From the NCBI GenBank assembly GCA_027486525.1, contig JAIXOY010000112.1, positions 1-17,563 on the forward strand: 17,563 bases of DNA, in the 5' to 3' direction. Origin of the DNA: Pseudomonadota bacterium (lineage in GTDB: Bacteria > Bdellovibrionota > Bacteriovoracia > Bacteriovoracales > Bacteriovoracaceae). Position 1 is the first letter of the stretch. Every line of letters starts with the position of its first letter. This document shows positions 14,699 to 17,563 of this stretch, in pieces. Below the pieces are notes generated by a model. That model had not been told where the DNA came from and did not search any database. It saw nothing but the letters and a program-made list of their open reading frames with translations. The position numbers and the translations under genes are program-made.

Positions 14699-16232
14699 GA
14701 AGAGTTCCGAGCCAGCTCTCCGGCTGGTCGCAATAAGCCGGACGTTGCGCACACGCATTGTCGCCGAGATCGCTGATCGAGTAGTTCACGCTGAAGCGCG
14801 CACACTCATTGTATTTTTTTACGGCATCCGGCGTGCTCTCGATCTGGCAGGGCCCGTTGATGATCCGCGCGAAGTGCGCCGGATGCAGCATGCTTCGTCC
14901 CATGGGTTTGTTACGGTAGTGCACCGTCGTGCCTTCGACGCGAAACTGCCCCTTCGGCACGCGGAAATCCACGGGCGTCATTCGCTGTGTGTGGAACGGG
15001 CACGCGTAGACCTTCCGTTGCGGCGAACTGATCGCCACAGCTTCCGGGCGCAGGATGTCGAGGTAATGCCGGCACGCGAGGTCCCCTTCCGGACACGAAC
15101 AGCTGAGCGTCCTGCGGCTCACACTTGTCGTCGTGCCGTTCGGCTCAAGCACCGGTTTCAAAAAGGACTGAACCTCGATTTTGTCGACAGTGTTCACGAG
15201 CAGCGTGTTGAACGGTGCATCGACAGACGTTGGTAACGGCACGAACCCGTTGTCCTTCTCGACGCAGTAGATGTCCTTGAGAGTCAGCGGCTGCGGAGGC
15301 CCCGCGACGACGAGTGGAGGCGCCCCCGCGATCGCCGGGATGACCGGTACCGTGGGAATCACCACGGGCGAGACCTCCGGATAACGCAGCGGCAGTCCCA
15401 CGCTCAACGTCGAGATGTTGCCGATCTGGAAGTACTTCTTGCGCATGAGCATCTCGCGCACAACCGGGTTCGGGCTCCGGAGGTGTGCCGTGAAGTCCGA
15501 TTCCACGGGGATCTCGCAGCGGCCGACCTCGCCGACGGAGTCGTCGAAGGCGATATGCATGCCATCGCCCATCATCGAATCGCCGGGGCCCATCGCCCGG
15601 CACTCGCTGGCGTTCACGTCTTCGCCGTTGTCTTTGTACTCGTCACACAGACCCGCGAAGTGCAGCAGCTCGTGGACGATGGTGGCGCAGTTGAAGTCCG
15701 AAGAATACTTCTGCGCATCCCCCCGTTCTCCCGGCTTGACGATCGTGATCTCGATCTCCGGTGGCTTCACGGAACCCATGGCCTGCGCCTGAGTAGGTGA
15801 CACAGCAATGAGGTTCAGCTGCTCTCCCCCGGGTCCTCGCAGGCCAGGCCTCGCAGCGTCGAGGCAACTGCGCACTCGATCCAGCATCGCTGCCGGTGTC
15901 ACCGTCGCGTCGGGGTTAGCGGTGAACTTGAGGTTGAACACCATCTCGTACTGCTTTTCACCGAGGTACTTCAGAGTGCCCTTGTGATCGGTCGGTAACT
16001 TGTAGTTGTCCGATCGGATGTTGCTATGGCTCACGTTTTCTTGCCGATGGGCCGACCGCACCATGCTCCCGCGGGTCACGTCGAAGACGCGAGCGTCGCC
16101 CGGCTTCGTGAGCGGATTACAGCGGTTGATCTCGTCGATGTCGGCGATCCAGTCGGTGGGGCTGATGGAATAGTTCGTCGAGCACAGCGGCTGCGCGTGG
16201 GCGAGCCCGAGGAAGAAGAGGAGAAATGTCAT
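14679..16232 (-). CDS. secreted Cys-rich zinc metalloprotease, snapalysin (M7)-like HExxHxxGxxD active site (paralog 1)
   Basis: 517 aa from ATG 16230-16232, which overlaps the upstream paralog stop (ATGA); I reject the 16388 start. Signal peptide MTFLLFFLGLAHA/QP. FNCATIVHELLHFAGLCDEY (nt ~15637-15678) is followed by a DSMMGDG Met-turn. I count 19 Cys. The C-terminal domain is shared with paralog 2 (LHPAHF). The 3' end overlaps the S28 gene by 20 nt (convergent). Confidence 0.7.
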   Translation of the reverse strand: MTFLLFFLGLAHAQPLCSTNYSISPTDWIADIDEINRCNPLTKPGDARVFDVTRGSMVRSAHRQENVSHSNIRSDNYKLPTDHKGTLKYLGEKQYEMVFNLKFTANPDATVTPAAMLDRVRSCLDAARPGLRGPGGEQLNLIAVSPTQAQAMGSVKPPEIEITIVKPGERGDAQKYSSDFNCATIVHELLHFAGLCDEYKDNGEDVNASECRAMGPGDSMMGDGMHIAFDDSVGEVGRCEIPVESDFTAHLRSPNPVVREMLMRKKYFQIGNISTLSVGLPLRYPEVSPVVIPTVPVIPAIAGAPPLVVAGPPQPLTLKDIYCVEKDNGFVPLPTSVDAPFNTLLVNTVDKIEVQSFLKPVLEPNGTTTSVSRRTLSCSCPEGDLACRHYLDILRPEAVAISSPQRKVYACPFHTQRMTPVDFRVPKGQFRVEGTTVHYRNKPMGRSMLHPAHFARIINGPCQIESTPDAVKKYNECARFSVNYSISDLGDNACAQRPAYCDQPESWLGTLPTATSP

Positions 16233-17563
16233 GGCCGCACCGCCGGTGCGCCGCCGAGGAACTTCACTGGATCGCGGCACTCCGCTGGCACGTTCGAGCA
16301 GTCGACGGCCGTGTCGGCGGGCTGCGAGTGGCGGTAGGCGAACTGCGCGCAGCGGTCGTAGAGCGTGGTGCGATCGATCGCACGGCACGAACCGCGCAAC
16401 ACGCGCATGAAGTGCGCGGGATGGAGCAAGCTACGGTTGAGGCGCGGGGGATTGCGGAACTCGACGAAGCCGGCGCTCACGCGCTCGTCCCGCACGGTTC
16501 CCTGGTTCATGCCCACGTCGCTGGCGCCGGCGTCCTGCGAACTCGTGGGACAGCGGAAGCGGCGGTTGCTCGCTTGGTAGCCTTCGTTCATCTTCGCGCG
16601 CACGCCGGTGATACTCGCCTGGCACTGCGAGTTGCCCGGGGGGCACTTGCAGATCAAGCGGTACTGCGACGGCAGTGTTTGGTAGCGTGTGACGTTGCGG
16701 CCAGCGAAGTCCATCTCGAAGCCGCGAGGTATATCCACGAAGCGCGCTCCGTAGGTCTGCAGCAAAGGCCTCTGGGCCGTCGCCGCAAACGTCGTGACCG
16801 TGCACCAATTTTTCTCAAACGCGGACTTGTCCGGCAGCGTCTTGTAGATGTCGTTGGCGTCCGGCGACATCTCCGCGGCGAGGTGGCCCGCCGGAGCGTT
16901 CAGCCACTTCGAGCCGGGGTTCAGGACGCAGCGCTTGGCGAGGCCGACGGCGTCGTCGTAGGTGCCCTGCATGTCCACGCTCATGATCGAATCTTCGTGC
17001 ACGATCACGCGACAGGCCGCCGCGTTCTGGATCTCCGTGGGATTGCCCTCGGGGTACTCGTCGCAGAGGCCAGCGTGGTGGAGGAATTCGTGGATGACCG
17101 TGGCGCACGAGAAATCCATCGAGAAATTGTTCGCGTTCCCGCGGCCACTCGTCTTGACGTTGATCGCAATGAGCGGGGGCTTCGGCGACTCACCGCTGTC
17201 ACCCCGGAGCGTGAGCCGCATCTGGTGGCCGTCGGGGCCGGTCATGGCGGGCGATGCTTGCGCAAAGCACTGCTCGACCCGTGTGCGCATTTCGGCGACC
17301 TGCGCCTCGGTGGTGTCGACGGCAGTGAACTTTGCGTTGAATTCGACGTTCCAGGATTTATCACCTGTGCGCCGAAGGACGAACTGACTGTTGTTGGGGA
17401 TCTTGTTCTCCGTGTGGCCAAGCTGGTCGTGGAGCACGGCCTCGCCGACGTCGGGGATCGCGCACGCCGAGATGTCGCTAAGACTTTGTAGACTCGAACT
17501 GATGCCCGAGTTGAGCAGGCCCTGCAACGGGAGTTCTGCGTCGAGACACGTCTCGCAGTCCGC
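16229..17563 (-). CDS. secreted Cys-rich snapalysin-like zinc metalloprotease (paralog 2), 5' end beyond window
   Basis: The frame stays open to nt 17563. The codon at 17525-17527 that the ORF track prints as M is TTG, not a credible start. FSCATVIHEFLHHAGLCDEY (nt ~17055-17096). Aligns with paralog 1 throughout (NVEFNAKFTA vs MVFNLKFTA; SLLHPAHFMRV vs SMLHPAHFARI). Very high GC3. Confidence 0.7.
   Translation of the reverse strand, partial: ADCETCLDAELPLQGLLNSGISSSLQSLSDISACAIPDVGEAVLHDQLGHTENKIPNNSQFVLRRTGDKSWNVEFNAKFTAVDTTEAQVAEMRTRVEQCFAQASPAMTGPDGHQMRLTLRGDSGESPKPPLIAINVKTSGRGNANNFSMDFSCATVIHEFLHHAGLCDEYPEGNPTEIQNAAACRVIVHEDSIMSVDMQGTYDDAVGLAKRCVLNPGSKWLNAPAGHLAAEMSPDANDIYKTLPDKSAFEKNWCTVTTFAATAQRPLLQTYGARFVDIPRGFEMDFAGRNVTRYQTLPSQYRLICKCPPGNSQCQASITGVRAKMNEGYQASNRRFRCPTSSQDAGASDVGMNQGTVRDERVSAGFVEFRNPPRLNRSLLHPAHFMRVLRGSCRAIDRTTLYDRCAQFAYRHSQPADTAVDCSNVPAECRDPVKFLGGAPAVRP

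Noticed and set aside
16226-17491. 421-aa + strand ORF (and neighbours 14745..15236, 15415..15800, 16026..16337, 16962..17387 on +; 14911..15096, 15145..15603, 15643..15867, 16431..16808, 16815..17108, 17005..17202 on -)
   Set aside because: All lie antisense or out of frame to the two GC-rich metalloprotease genes. Their translations are Arg/Ala/Gly/Pro-rich low-complexity strings, which is typical of spurious ORFs in high-GC DNA. The minus-strand frame carrying the HExxH motif and paralog similarity is clearly the real one.
17525-17527. Start of metalloprotease paralog 2 at 17527 as printed in the ORF track
   Set aside because: The codon is TTG and the frame remains open through nt 17563. 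Alignment with paralog 1 predicts roughly 90 more N-terminal residues including a signal peptide. I treat the gene as truncated by the window.
1-17563. CRISPR arrays, IS elements, integrase/transposase genes, long direct or inverted nucleotide repeats
   Set aside because: I found no periodic direct repeats with spacers. No ORF has transposase/integrase/recombinase motifs, and there are no terminal inverted repeats. The only repeats are the diverged intragenic flotillin repeats and the two diverged metalloprotease paralogs.

Overview
This is a densely coding bacterial window of about 17.6 kb. It holds roughly 21 protein genes and no rRNA, tRNA, CRISPR or mobile element that I can support.

Left third (1-6620):
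- A 5'-truncated HutD-family gene.
- A convergent SulP/STAS anion transporter, preceded by a possible 47-aa exported micro-ORF.
- A signal-peptide 5'-nucleotidase/metallophosphatase.
- An NADPH-dependent FMN-reductase-family flavoprotein.
- On the + strand, a 675-aa flotillin/SPFH (YqiK-like) protein whose N-terminal SPFH beta-segment is tandemly duplicated about four times inside the gene. It ends in a perfect 10-bp hairpin terminator.

Centre (6623-13161): eight co-directional minus-strand genes, with every junction but one (24-nt spacer) overlapping (ATGA, TGATG or TAATG) or 1 nt apart. They encode:
- a VTC (polyphosphate-polymerase-type CYTH) domain protein;
- a membrane-anchored unknown;
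- a DUF4956 membrane protein;
- a divergent UbiA-like membrane protein;
- a second, signal-peptide-bearing VTC-like protein;
- a 502-aa secreted protein with a recognisable protein-kinase-like core (Gly-rich loop, beta3 Lys, DxKxxN catalytic loop, DLG);
- a His-rich polytopic membrane protein;
- a MenA-like UbiA prenyltransferase.

I read this as a variant of the CotH-kinase / VTC / DUF4956 neighbourhood. CotH is replaced by an unrelated secreted kinase-like protein, and two prenyltransferase-family genes are added. This is the best candidate here for an undescribed system.

Right end:
- A secreted S28 serine peptidase on the + strand.
- A conspicuously GC-rich, GC3-saturated tandem pair of Cys-rich secreted proteins. 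Both carry the snapalysin-type zinc site HExxHxxGxxD-EY plus a Met-turn, and the second runs off the window. Composition suggests horizontal acquisition from a high-GC donor.
- Most long + strand ORFs over this GC-rich stretch are antisense artefacts.
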